Of a stretch of 64,000 nucleotides of DNA, positions 9,282-18,098 are shown in pieces. Under the pieces are notes generated by a model. That model had not been told where the DNA came from. It made no database searches and worked only from the letters and a program-made list of their open reading frames with translations. The stretch is from NCBI GenBank assembly GCA_949282555.1, contig CASDPK010000008.1, forward strand, positions 3,108-67,107, read 5' to 3'. How positions within the stretch are numbered: the first letter of the stretch is position 1; every line of letters starts with the position of its first letter. The translations under genes and the position numbers were made by a program. The stretch comes from an uncultured Lentisphaeraceae bacterium (lineage in GTDB: Bacteria > Verrucomicrobiota > Kiritimatiellia > RFP12 > DVOR01).

Positions 9282-11645
9282 ATGGGAGACAACAGCATCG
9301 AGGCGGAACCGCTTCAGGAACCCAAGTGCCCGAAGTGTGGGGCGGCGTTGCCCAAGGAGGCCAAACCTCTGGAAAGCGTGGCGTGCCCGGCGTGCGGGGA
9401 GACGGTGATGGTCCCGGGAATGTTGGGACAATACCGACTGACGCGCCTCATTGGCAAGGGCGGCATGGGCGCGGTTTACGAAGGCGTGGACGATGGGCTC
9501 CAGCGCAAGGTGGCCGTGAAGGTCATTTTGCGGGGGAAGGCCGCGGAGGATCCCACCTTCCTCGAGAGTTTCCGACGTGAGGCGCAGGCCGCCGCGAAGT
9601 TGAACAATCCCCACATCGTGGGGGTGTATGCCTTCGGCGAAAGCGCGGGACAGCCGTATTTGGTGATGGAGCTGGTGCAGCCGGACTCGCTGGATCGCAT
9701 GATGGCTTCGGGCCCCATGATGCCGGCCACGGTCTTGAACATTGGTTCGCAGATCGCGCAGGGGTTGAAGGCCGCCGCCGAGCAGGGACTGGTGCATGGC
9801 GACGTGAAGCCTGAGAACATCCTCATCAATGCCGATCGTGAGGCCAAGCTTGCCGACTTTGGCATTGCGGCGTTGGCCGGTGCCCGCGCCGCGGCCAACA
9901 ATGAGGTTTGGGGAACGCCTTATTACATTGCGCCCGAGACGTTGCGGCGGCAAAAGGTGGATCTCCGGGCCGACATCTATTCGCTTGGAGGCACGCTCTA
10001 TCATGCCATTGCGGGTGTGCCGCCGTTTGAGGGCGCCGACGCGGTGGAGGTGATGAAGGCCCGATTGGTGGGGCCTGCCCGGCCGCTCCAAGAGGTGGCC
10101 CCCGACTGCCCGGAGGCGGTCGCCAAGATTGTCATGCGGATGCTGGAGTCAGAACCGATCCGGCGTTATCCGAACTACGATTCGCTCCTTTCCGACATGG
10201 CCAAGGAACTCCGTGCGGCGAAGTCGCGCACGGGCGGCGGCAAGCGGATTGTGCTCAAGGGCAAGACGGCGCCTGTCGGCGTGGGGAATTCCCGGCCGAT
10301 GCCGTCGGTCGAAAATCTGAATTCGCCGCTTATTCCCGAACGCAAGGGGATGAGCCGTGGGGCCATCATCGGCCTTGCGGCGGGGTTGGGGTGCGGTGTC
10401 CCCCTCTTGCTTGTGGGGATTGGCGCGCTCCTCTTTTTCTCGTTCGCGGCGGAGAAGACGGAAGAGATTGCGTCTGAACTCGCGACGGCGCAGGCCGCCG
10501 TCATGAATCCCGCGTTGGCGCAGGCGGCACAGGATCGCGACGCGCTGAAGGCGTTGGGCGAAGCCGCCGCCACCACGGCCACCCAGGCGAAGGCCCGCGC
10601 CGCGGAGGCCGCCGCCATCGTCAAAGGGCTTGCGCAGCAAGCACGGCGGGCGGTGATGCCGGGGCAGGAGTCGTGGCTGGAGCCATCGGAAGGCGAGGCC
10701 CCGACATCCATGCTCAAGGCGTTGCAGAAGGCATTCGCGCAGAGTGCGTCACTCGCAACGGCCGCGAAGGGCGCGGATGCGCTCCGCGCGAAGGTGGACG
10801 GTTTGACCGCGACGGCGGAAGCCCCCGGAACCGACACGCCGGAGGCGATCGCCAATGCGTTGGCTGAGGCCCGCAAGGCTTCGGAGGCCTATGCCAAGAC
10901 GCCGGAGGCGGCCTCTGCCACTGCGGACATGAACGCACTGTTGGCGCAGAGGAAGGGATGGCGCAAAACGGTGGATGCCGCACGAGCGGAGATGGAGGCC
11001 GCCGTCAAGGCAAAGTTTGCCGCGGAGAATGAGGCAAAGCGCAAGGCCGCGGAGGCCGCCGCCGCCGAACGTGCGCGGGAGGCCGCGCAGGCAGAGGTCG
11101 CTTCGGTCGTGACCATGGAAGCCGCCGTCGGTGAGGAGCTCAACCGATTCATGCCCGAAGCGGCGCTGAAGGCATTCAAGAGTCGGGCCGCCCGGTTGAA
11201 GTCTCCGGAGGCGAAGGCGGCCGCGGAGGTCTCGGTCGAGCGTTTGAAGGCGTATGCTCGCCTCAAGACCTGGTTCGTGGACAAGGCCGCAAAAGGTGAG
11301 CTGGCGAGCTTTGGGATCGCGTCGGCCGACACGGAGGGTGTGACGTTTTCCGGGAAACGGGTTCCATGGGGCGAGTTCGTGGCAGACCGTCAAGCGGTCG
11401 TGTTCCGCATTCTGAACACGCTGGTGGCGGACGATACGGGCGCACGGGCGCTGGGGGCAGGGGAACGGGCCGAATTGGCGGTCTCGGCCCGGCTTTTCGT
11501 GACGCGCTATTTCGGCACGGAGACGCTTGCAAAATCCAAGACGTTGCGCGACATGATGGATAAACTTCGGACCGTGGCCGAAGCGTTGCCGGGGCCCAAA
11601 GCGGAATTGGAGCGCGTGGAGGGGGCGACCCCCACCGCGGAGTGA
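9282..11645 (+). CDS. Hanks-type Ser/Thr protein kinase with N-terminal zinc ribbon and long C-terminal Ala/Glu/Lys-rich coiled-coil region
   Basis: CPKCG...CPACG, then the kinase subdomains GKGGMGAVY, VAVK, HGDVKPENILI, DFGIA and APE. GGAGG RBS lies before the ATG. Confidence 0.85.
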   Translation: MGDNSIEAEPLQEPKCPKCGAALPKEAKPLESVACPACGETVMVPGMLGQYRLTRLIGKGGMGAVYEGVDDGLQRKVAVKVILRGKAAEDPTFLESFRREAQAAAKLNNPHIVGVYAFGESAGQPYLVMELVQPDSLDRMMASGPMMPATVLNIGSQIAQGLKAAAEQGLVHGDVKPENILINADREAKLADFGIAALAGARAAANNEVWGTPYYIAPETLRRQKVDLRADIYSLGGTLYHAIAGVPPFEGADAVEVMKARLVGPARPLQEVAPDCPEAVAKIVMRMLESEPIRRYPNYDSLLSDMAKELRAAKSRTGGGKRIVLKGKTAPVGVGNSRPMPSVENLNSPLIPERKGMSRGAIIGLAAGLGCGVPLLLVGIGALLFFSFAAEKTEEIASELATAQAAVMNPALAQAAQDRDALKALGEAAATTATQAKARAAEAAAIVKGLAQQARRAVMPGQESWLEPSEGEAPTSMLKALQKAFAQSASLATAAKGADALRAKVDGLTATAEAPGTDTPEAIANALAEARKASEAYAKTPEAASATADMNALLAQRKGWRKTVDAARAEMEAAVKAKFAAENEAKRKAAEAAAAERAREAAQAEVASVVTMEAAVGEELNRFMPEAALKAFKSRAARLKSPEAKAAAEVSVERLKAYARLKTWFVDKAAKGELASFGIASADTEGVTFSGKRVPWGEFVADRQAVVFRILNTLVADDTGARALGAGERAELAVSARLFVTRYFGTETLAKSKTLRDMMDKLRTVAEALPGPKAELERVEGATPTAE

Positions 11646-12355
11646 TGCGCCGCTTCTTGCTGTTGTTGCTTGCCGTGGTGGGCCTTCCGATGATTTGGGG
11701 GCTTGCCGTGGCGTTGTTGCAGGGCTTTGCCGCCGATGTCGCGGGGGGACCATTGCTGTCTTCCGGGCGGCTGTGGTTTCTTGGCGGGGCGGTGGCCATG
11801 ACGGTGCTTTACGCGTGGAAGGGCCGTGCGCTGATGGTGGTCTACGTCTTTGCCCATGAGATGACGCACGCCTTGGCGGGGCTTCTCTTCCTCTCGCGCA
11901 TTCATCGGGTGAGTGTGCGGGAGACGGGGGGCTTCGTGGAGCTTTCCAAGAGCAACCTTGTCATCGTCTTGGCCCCTTATTGTGTGCCGCTCTACCTGTT
12001 GGTGGCGGTGGGGGCGCGTGCGCTCACGGCGTGGCTGTGGCCGGGTGCGTTGCCGGAGGGCCCGTGGCTGGGGCTTTTCGGTGCTTTGACGCTCTTTCAC
12101 GTGCTCTATACGCTGAGTGCGTTGCTTTCCGTGGCGCAACCGGACGTCCGTGAGTACGGATGGCTCTTTTCCTACTGGCTGATTCTTTGTGTGAACCTGT
12201 TCTTCGCTTCGGTGGCACTCACCTTCGCCGGTCGCGTTGGGGCATATGCCCAGGGACGGAGGATGGTATCCGAGACGCTTCGTGCCTATGAAGCCGTTGG
12301 CCGTGCGTTTCAAGCGGTTTTGCCGGAGCGCACGTCCGCTCCTGTGCGCCCGTGA
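11645..12355 (+). CDS. Polytopic membrane protein with HExxH motif (putative membrane metallopeptidase)
   Basis: ATG overlaps the kinase stop (TGATG). Multiple TM segments. VFAHEMTHALAG contains HExxH. Confidence 0.45.
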   Translation: MRRFLLLLLAVVGLPMIWGLAVALLQGFAADVAGGPLLSSGRLWFLGGAVAMTVLYAWKGRALMVVYVFAHEMTHALAGLLFLSRIHRVSVRETGGFVELSKSNLVIVLAPYCVPLYLLVAVGARALTAWLWPGALPEGPWLGLFGALTLFHVLYTLSALLSVAQPDVREYGWLFSYWLILCVNLFFASVALTFAGRVGAYAQGRRMVSETLRAYEAVGRAFQAVLPERTSAPVRP

Positions 12356-12366
12356 AGGAGGTCTTC

Positions 12367-13125
12367 ATGAATCTCGTTGGCGAACTGCACGATCTGCTCC
12401 TTTCCTCCACGGCAACCGTGGCCTTTACCGGCGCCGGCGTCTCCACGGCCAGCGGCATTCGCGATTTTCGTGGACGCAACGGAATCTATAACGACACGTT
12501 CAAGGGCTATCGCGTCGAAGAGCTCTTCGGCATTGACCTCTTTCGCCATGATCCCTCCCTCTTCTATGAATGGGCACGTGATTTCGTTTATGGACTTGAC
12601 GCCTTTCGTCCTTGCACGGTGCACAACGTGCTTGCGCGATTGGAGCGTGATGGGTTGTTGCGTGCGGTGATCACGCAGAATATTGATCGCCTCCACACAC
12701 TCGCAGGTTCTCGCAATGTCTTTGAGGTACATGGTTCCCCCCATGTCCATCACTGCCTTGCCTGCGGCAAGGCTTACGATTATGACACGGTGGCGCCGGT
12801 CGTTCGCCGTGGGGACGTGCCGCAGTGTACGTGCGGCGGGGTGCTCAAGCCCGACATCGTCTTCTATGGGGAGGCCCTCCCGGAGACGGTCTTTCGCGGC
12901 GCCTTGGAGGCTTGCCAGCAGGCAGACCTTTGCCTTGTCCTTGGGAGTTCCCTCACGGTTTACCCGGCGGCGGCCCTTCCCGAGGAGGCTTATCGGTGCG
13001 GCGCGCGAATCGTCATTGTGAACGATACGCCGACCGCTCTTGACGCCCGTGCCCTTCTCCGCCTTTCCGATCTCACCGACACGTTTACCCAGCTGGCGGA
13101 AATGCTTCCGCACTCGATGCCCTAA
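12367..13125 (+). CDS. cobB: NAD-dependent protein deacylase (sirtuin, CobB/Sir2 family)
   Basis: GAGVSTASGIRDFRG, QNIDRLH, and zinc-binding CLACG...CTCGG. AAGGAGG RBS at 12355-12361. Confidence 0.85.
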   Translation: MNLVGELHDLLLSSTATVAFTGAGVSTASGIRDFRGRNGIYNDTFKGYRVEELFGIDLFRHDPSLFYEWARDFVYGLDAFRPCTVHNVLARLERDGLLRAVITQNIDRLHTLAGSRNVFEVHGSPHVHHCLACGKAYDYDTVAPVVRRGDVPQCTCGGVLKPDIVFYGEALPETVFRGALEACQQADLCLVLGSSLTVYPAAALPEEAYRCGARIVIVNDTPTALDARALLRLSDLTDTFTQLAEMLPHSMP

Positions 13126-13132
13126 CACGCCC

Positions 13133-14314
13133 ATGCTTACCATTGCCCTTACCCGACACCCTCACGCCCGCAAAGAACTGTTCCTTGGGAAAACGCTTCG
13201 CGTGGTTTCCCGTAGCGGCCTCAACCCTACCGAAGCCGCTCTCATTGAGTTCCTTCCGGAGTTGCCGCAGTCGTTTAACGTGCCGCTTTTTATTGGAGGG
13301 CGCACCGGTGCGCTCGCGATGGCCGTTTGGTTGCGCGGAATGGCCGCGGGGGGGCCTCTCATCCTTCACACGTTCGATGCGCATACGGCTACGACATTCT
13401 CACGGAACCTCGCAGAAAACAATGCGCCGTTATGGGATCCTAAGCTGTGCGTCCAGGTTCCTGGCTTTGAAATCAGTACGGCGTTGGACATCGCTGCCGT
13501 TGGTGACGATATTGCCTTTTGGCAGATGACGCGTGGTGATGGTACGGCCGAGCAACATCTTTTTGTGCTTGAGCAGCTGGTCAGTGATTGCGGTGTGAAG
13601 GAGCTCGTCATCGCCGCAGAAGAGCTGAATCCCACCTTTCTCGAACGTTTTCGCAAGGCTTGCACGAAAGTCGTTCTTCGCAAACAGGCAGGCGTGACCC
13701 TCCTGCGTGGAAGCGTGACCCATCCTTATCCTTTGGCGGAGCTTCCCAATCATTGCGCCACTTTTGAGGTTTCCCTTAGAGGCCATGCTCCCATCACCCT
13801 CGAAACGTGGCCCGGTTGTTTCTGTCATCGCCGCGCCGATATGGGCGGTCTTGCGCTTACCGAGGTCGTTGCCGAACAGGTGACCTTCGATAAGGGGGAT
13901 CGCATCATGGACATGGGGTGTGGTTGCGGTATGGATGGTATCCTCCTTGCCACGGCTTTTCCGGAAAAGGCCCTTCGTATCGACTATCAGGACTCCAATG
14001 CCGCTGCGCGCGACAGTACCGAGGCGAATCTTCGTCGCTACCCTCATGACGCTCGGTTCATCTTCTCCGCCGAAGGGGAGGGCACCCCGAGCTCTTATGA
14101 CCTTCTCTTGGCGAATCCGCCCTATTTCGGGGATTGGCGCATCGCCGAGTTCTTCATTCAGACGGCGGCTCGCTTGCTTAAGAAGGGCGGTTTACTTGCG
14201 TTCGTTTCCAAGCGTGAAGCCAAGCCGATGGAATTGATGAGCGCCGCGGGGTTTGAGCATTTGGGAACCTTCTCCCGCCGAGGTTATACGGTCCTCTTGG
14301 CCGCGCGCCGCTAG
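13133..14314 (+). CDS. Two-domain class I SAM-dependent methyltransferase, RsmC/RlmG-like rRNA (guanine-N2) methyltransferase
   Basis: C-terminal MDMGCGCGMDGIL (SAM motif I) and LLANPPYF (NPPY catalytic motif). ATG at 13133 lies 8 nt after the Sir2 stop. Confidence 0.7.
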   Translation: MLTIALTRHPHARKELFLGKTLRVVSRSGLNPTEAALIEFLPELPQSFNVPLFIGGRTGALAMAVWLRGMAAGGPLILHTFDAHTATTFSRNLAENNAPLWDPKLCVQVPGFEISTALDIAAVGDDIAFWQMTRGDGTAEQHLFVLEQLVSDCGVKELVIAAEELNPTFLERFRKACTKVVLRKQAGVTLLRGSVTHPYPLAELPNHCATFEVSLRGHAPITLETWPGCFCHRRADMGGLALTEVVAEQVTFDKGDRIMDMGCGCGMDGILLATAFPEKALRIDYQDSNAAARDSTEANLRRYPHDARFIFSAEGEGTPSSYDLLLANPPYFGDWRIAEFFIQTAARLLKKGGLLAFVSKREAKPMELMSAAGFEHLGTFSRRGYTVLLAARR

Positions 14315-14323
14315 GAAGTGCTG

Positions 14324-14671
14324 ATGTCTCAGTCGCCCTTGCTTCGATGGGGGCTGTCTTCGATTTTGGGGACAGCACTCTGTGGGCTTGCGATTGGGGC
14401 CGTTCTTGGCATTGACTGGATTTGGGGTGTGACAGACAATCCCGTGTTGCTGGCGCCTTTTTGGCCGTGGCGCAAGGGTGGCATTTCGGTGTTTGTCGCG
14501 GAGAGGATGCTCGCAGGGGCAGTTTTAATGATGTGGGGGGCCGGGATTGGCTGTGCACGTGCGTGGCTGTCGAGAAGTCCGTGGCGATTTTGGGCGTTTC
14601 TGTTCGCCGTGACGGTCTACGCTTTTTGGGCTATGTGTAGCCTTGTGCTCTCCATTGGAGCCGCTTGTTGA
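14324..14671 (+). CDS. Small hypothetical membrane protein
   Basis: Three or four predicted TM helices. ATG follows the upstream TAG within 10 nt. Confidence 0.35.
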   Translation: MSQSPLLRWGLSSILGTALCGLAIGAVLGIDWIWGVTDNPVLLAPFWPWRKGGISVFVAERMLAGAVLMMWGAGIGCARAWLSRSPWRFWAFLFAVTVYAFWAMCSLVLSIGAAC

Positions 14672-14721
14672 GCCGTGGAAGCTGTCAGGGACCCCTTAGC
14701 CTGCCTTTATCGGAAGAGAAT

Positions 14722-14758
14722 AAACAGGCCCCGAACGTCCGTTCGGGGCCTTTGTTTT
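14722..14758. terminator. Bidirectional rho-independent terminator (GGCCCCGAACG-tcc-GTTCGGGGCC followed by TTTGTTTTGGG)
   Basis: Perfect 11-bp stem with T-runs on both strands. It sits between convergent genes. Confidence 0.6.
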
Positions 14759-14779
14759 GGGTTATGGCAGATGCCGCCG

Positions 14780-15706
14780 TTACCACAACTTGGCGGGATA
14801 TTCCCCGGCATCGACCATCTTTTGGATCGCCTCAACGACGACCGGCTTGTCTTCACGGTAGGTCACGCCGAACCAGCTGCTTGCGGTGGGCAACACCTCA
14901 ACCGTGGCCTTGCCGGCCTTGACCAGCTCGTCCACGTAGAAAGGAATGTACCACTCGGCCTTCAACTGGCCTTCGTGTTCCTTGAACCATTCGGCGAAGC
15001 GCTCCTCCATGCCGTCAAAGAGTGCCGGCGTGAAGCCCCAAAGGTTCAAGGAGACAAGATTTTCACCCTTCAGCGGAACAGGCGCGGCGGGGTCTTCCTC
15101 GTTCTGGATGGAGCCATCGGCCTTGCGGGCAATCTTCGTCATTTCCGTGACGCCGATCAGCTTCCCATCGGCCGCCACGTCGCAGATGCCACGGGCCACG
15201 GAGCCATTCTCGGAGAGGGTCTGATCCAGACGGTAACCGACCATCGCGAAACGCTTGGGCTGTGCGGAGACATCCACCTCCGACAAGAACTTCGCCAAAC
15301 GACGGAAGGCGTCCGCGCCATAGAAATCGTCCGCGTTGATGGCCGCGAAAGGCGCATCAATGACGTTGCGGGCGGAACGGATGGCATGAGCGGTACCCCA
15401 AGGCTTTTCACGGCCTTCGGGGAAAACACAACCCGCCGGAAGATCCAAAGGATCCTGAAAGGCCAGCTCAATCCGAATCTTCCCTTCGTACTTGGCGACA
15501 ATCTTTTCGCGGAACGCCTCTTCAAAGTCTTTGCGAATGATGAAGACGACCTTGTCAAACCCGGCACGAATGGCATCATAGATGGAGTAATCCATGATGG
15601 TCTCACCGGAAGGGCCAACGGAATCAATCTGCTTGAGCCCGCCATAACGGCTTCCCATGCCTGCCGCCAAAATGAGAAGAGTGGGTTTCCTGTTCATGTA
15701 TCTCAT
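14780..15706 (-). CDS. Sugar-phosphate nucleotidyltransferase family protein
   Basis: N-terminal LILAAGMGSRYGGLKQ resembles the NTP-transferase GxGTR(L/M) loop. AAAGGAG RBS. The opposite-strand ORF 14675..15916 was judged a shadow. Confidence 0.65.
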   Translation of the reverse strand: MRYMNRKPTLLILAAGMGSRYGGLKQIDSVGPSGETIMDYSIYDAIRAGFDKVVFIIRKDFEEAFREKIVAKYEGKIRIELAFQDPLDLPAGCVFPEGREKPWGTAHAIRSARNVIDAPFAAINADDFYGADAFRRLAKFLSEVDVSAQPKRFAMVGYRLDQTLSENGSVARGICDVAADGKLIGVTEMTKIARKADGSIQNEEDPAAPVPLKGENLVSLNLWGFTPALFDGMEERFAEWFKEHEGQLKAEWYIPFYVDELVKAGKATVEVLPTASSWFGVTYREDKPVVVEAIQKMVDAGEYPAKLW

Positions 15707-15743
15707 GCTCCTTTAGTGTCGTACATCGACTGGATACGTTATA

Positions 15744-15771
15744 GTATAGCGGACCGCTTCCATGAACGCAA
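15744..15771 (-). promoter_or_regulatory. Candidate sigma70-like promoter (TTGCGT-N16-TATACT) for the nucleotidyltransferase gene
   Basis: Read on the minus strand, about 40 nt upstream of the AAAGGAG-ATG. Confidence 0.25.
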
Positions 15772-15940
15772 TGTATACGGGTCGAATGGATATAGGAAAT
15801 CATTCTTCGCGTTTTGTTTGGGGGTGCCTCAAGGGGAACATTACGGCCATAAAGTGGAGCGGTTTACACCGCTGGGCACGAACGAAGCACACACATTGCC
15901 AATCCCATCATGTTAGATATGAAAACGGCAACATACGCGA

Positions 15941-16092
15941 AGGGGCCGTCAATCGGGGGCGATTGGAAACCGTCAAGGTCGATGGCCTCCCGAACGTAAT
16001 CTCGCGCGATCCACAGGGGAACGACACGCCTAACGGGAATCCATCAACCTTGACAGAAAGAATGGTAACAGAAAACGTATAGGGGCCGTCAA
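15941..16092. repeat. Pair of ~20-bp direct repeats (ACG-N3-AGGGGCCGTCAA-N-CG) 140 bp apart, with a third CCGTCAAGG copy between them
   Basis: AGGGGCCGTCAA at 15941-15952 and 16081-16092, and CCGTCAAGG at 15970-15978. They lie in a 430-bp AT-richer intergenic region. Confidence 0.5.
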
Positions 16093-16130
16093 GCGAAACT
16101 ATGCGTATGGAGAGGGTGGAGTAGGGGGAA

Positions 16131-16170
16131 GAAAGAGAAAAGCGCCACCCGAAACGGGCGGCGCTTTTCG
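16131..16170 (-). terminator. Rho-independent terminator downstream of the GGGtGRT gene
   Basis: On the minus strand: AGCGCCGCCCG-tttc-GGGTGGCGCT, then TTTTCTCTTTCTT. Confidence 0.6.
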
Positions 16171-16185
16171 CGGAAGTCGAGAACC

Positions 16186-17193
16186 TTACTTGTTCGCGGC
16201 TTCTTCGATGGCCACGGCCACGGCCACGGTCATGCCGACCATGGGGTTGTTGCCGGCGCCAATGAGGCCCATCATCTCGACGTGCGCAGGCACGGAAGAA
16301 GAACCGGCGAACTGAGCGTCGGAGTGCATGCGGCCCATGGTGTCGGTCATGCCATAGGAGGCGGGGCCGGCGGCCATGTTGTCGGGGTGGAGGGTACGGC
16401 CGGTGCCGCCACCGGAAGCGACGGAGAAGTACTTCTTGCCGGCGAGGACGCATTCCTTCTTGTAGGTACCGGCCACGGGGTGCTGGAAGCGCGTGGGGTT
16501 GGTGGAGTTTCCGGTGATGGAGACGTCCACGCCCTCCTGCCACATGATGGCGACGCCTTCGCGGACATCGTCAGCGCCGTAGCAGCGGACCTTTGCGCGG
16601 GGGCCATCGGAGAAGGCGATCTCGTTGGTGATGGTCAGCTTGCCCGTGAAGTAGTCGAACTCGGTTTCCACAAAGGTGAAGCCGTTGATGCGGCTGATGA
16701 TGTAGGCGGCATCCTTGCCCAGGCCGTTGAGGCACACGCGCAGAGGCTCCTTACGCACCTTGTTGGCCTTCATCGCAATGCCGATGGCGCCTTCGGCGGC
16801 GGCAAAGGATTCATGGCCGGCGAGGAAGCAGAAGCACTTGGTCTCTTCGCGCAGGAGCATGGCCCCCAGATTACCGTGACCAAGGCCGACCTTGCGGTCG
16901 TCGGCGACGGAGCCGGGGATGCAGAAGCTCTGGAGGCCTTCGCCGATGGCTTCGGCGGCATCGGCAGCCTTGGTGCAACCCTTCTTGAGGGCGATGGCCG
17001 CGCCGACGGTGTAGGCCCACTTCGCGTTCTCGAAGCAGATCTTCTGAATGTTCTCGACGATTTCGTAGGGGTCGAAGCCCTTGGCCTTGCAGATCTCGCG
17101 GCATTCCTCGACGGACTTGATACCATACTTATCGAGGACGGCCTGGATTTGCTTGATGCGGCGTTCGTAAGATTCAAACAGTGCCATGGTCAT
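16186..17193 (-). CDS. GGGtGRT family protein (uncharacterised, glycine-rich)
   Basis: Contains the family signature SGGGTGRTLHP. Start ATG 17193 was chosen from the context TAA-GGAGGAG-ATG directly after the upstream gene's stop. Confidence 0.8.
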   Translation of the reverse strand: MTMALFESYERRIKQIQAVLDKYGIKSVEECREICKAKGFDPYEIVENIQKICFENAKWAYTVGAAIALKKGCTKAADAAEAIGEGLQSFCIPGSVADDRKVGLGHGNLGAMLLREETKCFCFLAGHESFAAAEGAIGIAMKANKVRKEPLRVCLNGLGKDAAYIISRINGFTFVETEFDYFTGKLTITNEIAFSDGPRAKVRCYGADDVREGVAIMWQEGVDVSITGNSTNPTRFQHPVAGTYKKECVLAGKKYFSVASGGGTGRTLHPDNMAAGPASYGMTDTMGRMHSDAQFAGSSSVPAHVEMMGLIGAGNNPMVGMTVAVAVAIEEAANK

Positions 17194-17200
17194 CTCCTCC

Positions 17201-17914
17201 TTATTCGTGGCGGGGGTCAATGGACTTCACGGCACCCTGCTCCTCGGTGACGCGACCGTAGGTGCCGGTGCAGGCCTTGAGCGCCTCGTTGGCGTCCTGC
17301 CCCTTCTTCACGGCTTCCATGAACTTGCCCATGTGGACGAATTCGTAGCCGCAGACCTCGCTGTTCTTGTCGAGGTAGATCTTCTTGACGTAGCCCTCGG
17401 CCATTTCGAGGTAGCGCACGCCCTTCTGCTTGGTGGAGTACATCGTTCCCACCTGAGAGCGGAGGCCCTTGCCGAGGTCTTCAAGACCGGCGCCGATGGG
17501 CAAGCCGCCCTCGGAGAACGCGCTCTGGGTGCGCCCGTAGACGATCTGGAGATAAAGCTCGCGCATCGCGGTGTTGATGGCGTCACAGACGAGGTCGGTG
17601 TTCAACGCCTCCTGGATGGTCTTGCCGGGAAGGATCTCGGCGGCCATTGCGGCGGAGTGGGTCATGCCCGAGCAACCGATGGTTTCGACCAATGCTTCCT
17701 GGATGACGCCTTCCTTCACGTTGAGCGTCAGCTTGCAGGCGCCCTGCTGGGGCGCGCACCAGCCCACGCCGTGCGTCAGGCCGGAGATATCCTTGGTCTC
17801 ATAGACCTTGACCCATTTACCCTCTTCAGGAATGGGGGCCGGGGCGTGCTTGGCACCCTTGGCGACCGGGGTCATGCGCTCGACTTCGCTCGAGCAGGCG
17901 TAGGGACAACTCAT
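17201..17914 (-). CDS. IscU/NifU-like Fe-S scaffold domain protein with a C-terminal extra domain
   Basis: GVGWCAPQQGACKL...ETIGCSGMTHSAAMAAEILPGKTIQEALNTD...LVCDAI aligns with IscU GAPACGD...YGCGSAIASSS...KGKSLDEA..NTD...IHCS (three conserved Cys). Start 17914 has a GGAGG RBS. A 7-bp gap separates it from the GGGtGRT gene. Confidence 0.65.
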   Translation of the reverse strand: MSCPYACSSEVERMTPVAKGAKHAPAPIPEEGKWVKVYETKDISGLTHGVGWCAPQQGACKLTLNVKEGVIQEALVETIGCSGMTHSAAMAAEILPGKTIQEALNTDLVCDAINTAMRELYLQIVYGRTQSAFSEGGLPIGAGLEDLGKGLRSQVGTMYSTKQKGVRYLEMAEGYVKKIYLDKNSEVCGYEFVHMGKFMEAVKKGQDANEALKACTGTYGRVTEEQGAVKSIDPRHE

Positions 17915-17942
17915 GTTTCCTCCTTGGTTTGAGAGTGGGGTT

Positions 17943-17972
17943 ATTATACCGCCCCAACCCGTCCAACTGCAA
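17943..17972 (-). promoter_or_regulatory. Candidate sigma70 promoter TTGCAG-N18-TATAAT for the nifU-like/GGGtGRT operon
   Basis: Minus-strand -10 TATAAT at 17943-17948 and -35 TTGCAG at 17967-17972, about 25 nt upstream of the ATG. Confidence 0.4.
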
Positions 17973-18047
17973 GGGAAAACGGTGTGGAGACACGCTTGAG
18001 CGCCCCTAGGGGTGGGTTTGCGTTTCGCTTGTGGGGATACGAAAATG

Positions 18048-18076
18048 AAGAGCCGCCCTGCTCGGGCGGCTCTTTG
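18048..18076 (-). terminator. Rho-independent terminator downstream of tpiA
   Basis: Perfect 10-bp stem AGAGCCGCCC/GGGCGGCTCT, followed on the minus strand by TCATTTTCG. Confidence 0.5.
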
Positions 18077-18098
18077 AGTGGCGTCTGTTGCCTCAGAC

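Noticed and set aside
9255-11753. Minus-strand ORFs (278, 233 and 334 aa) across the kinase gene
   Set aside because: Shadow ORFs of a GC-rich gene with low-complexity R/P/A-rich translations.
12367-13125. Sir2 domain as a possible anti-phage defence (Thoeris/DSR-like) effector
   Set aside because: It has the canonical sirtuin catalytic and zinc-ribbon motifs of CobB deacylases and sits among housekeeping genes. No partner sensor or nuclease is present.
14675-15916. 413-aa plus-strand ORF
   Set aside because: Antisense to the nucleotidyltransferase ORF, which carries a recognisable NTP-transferase loop and an RBS.
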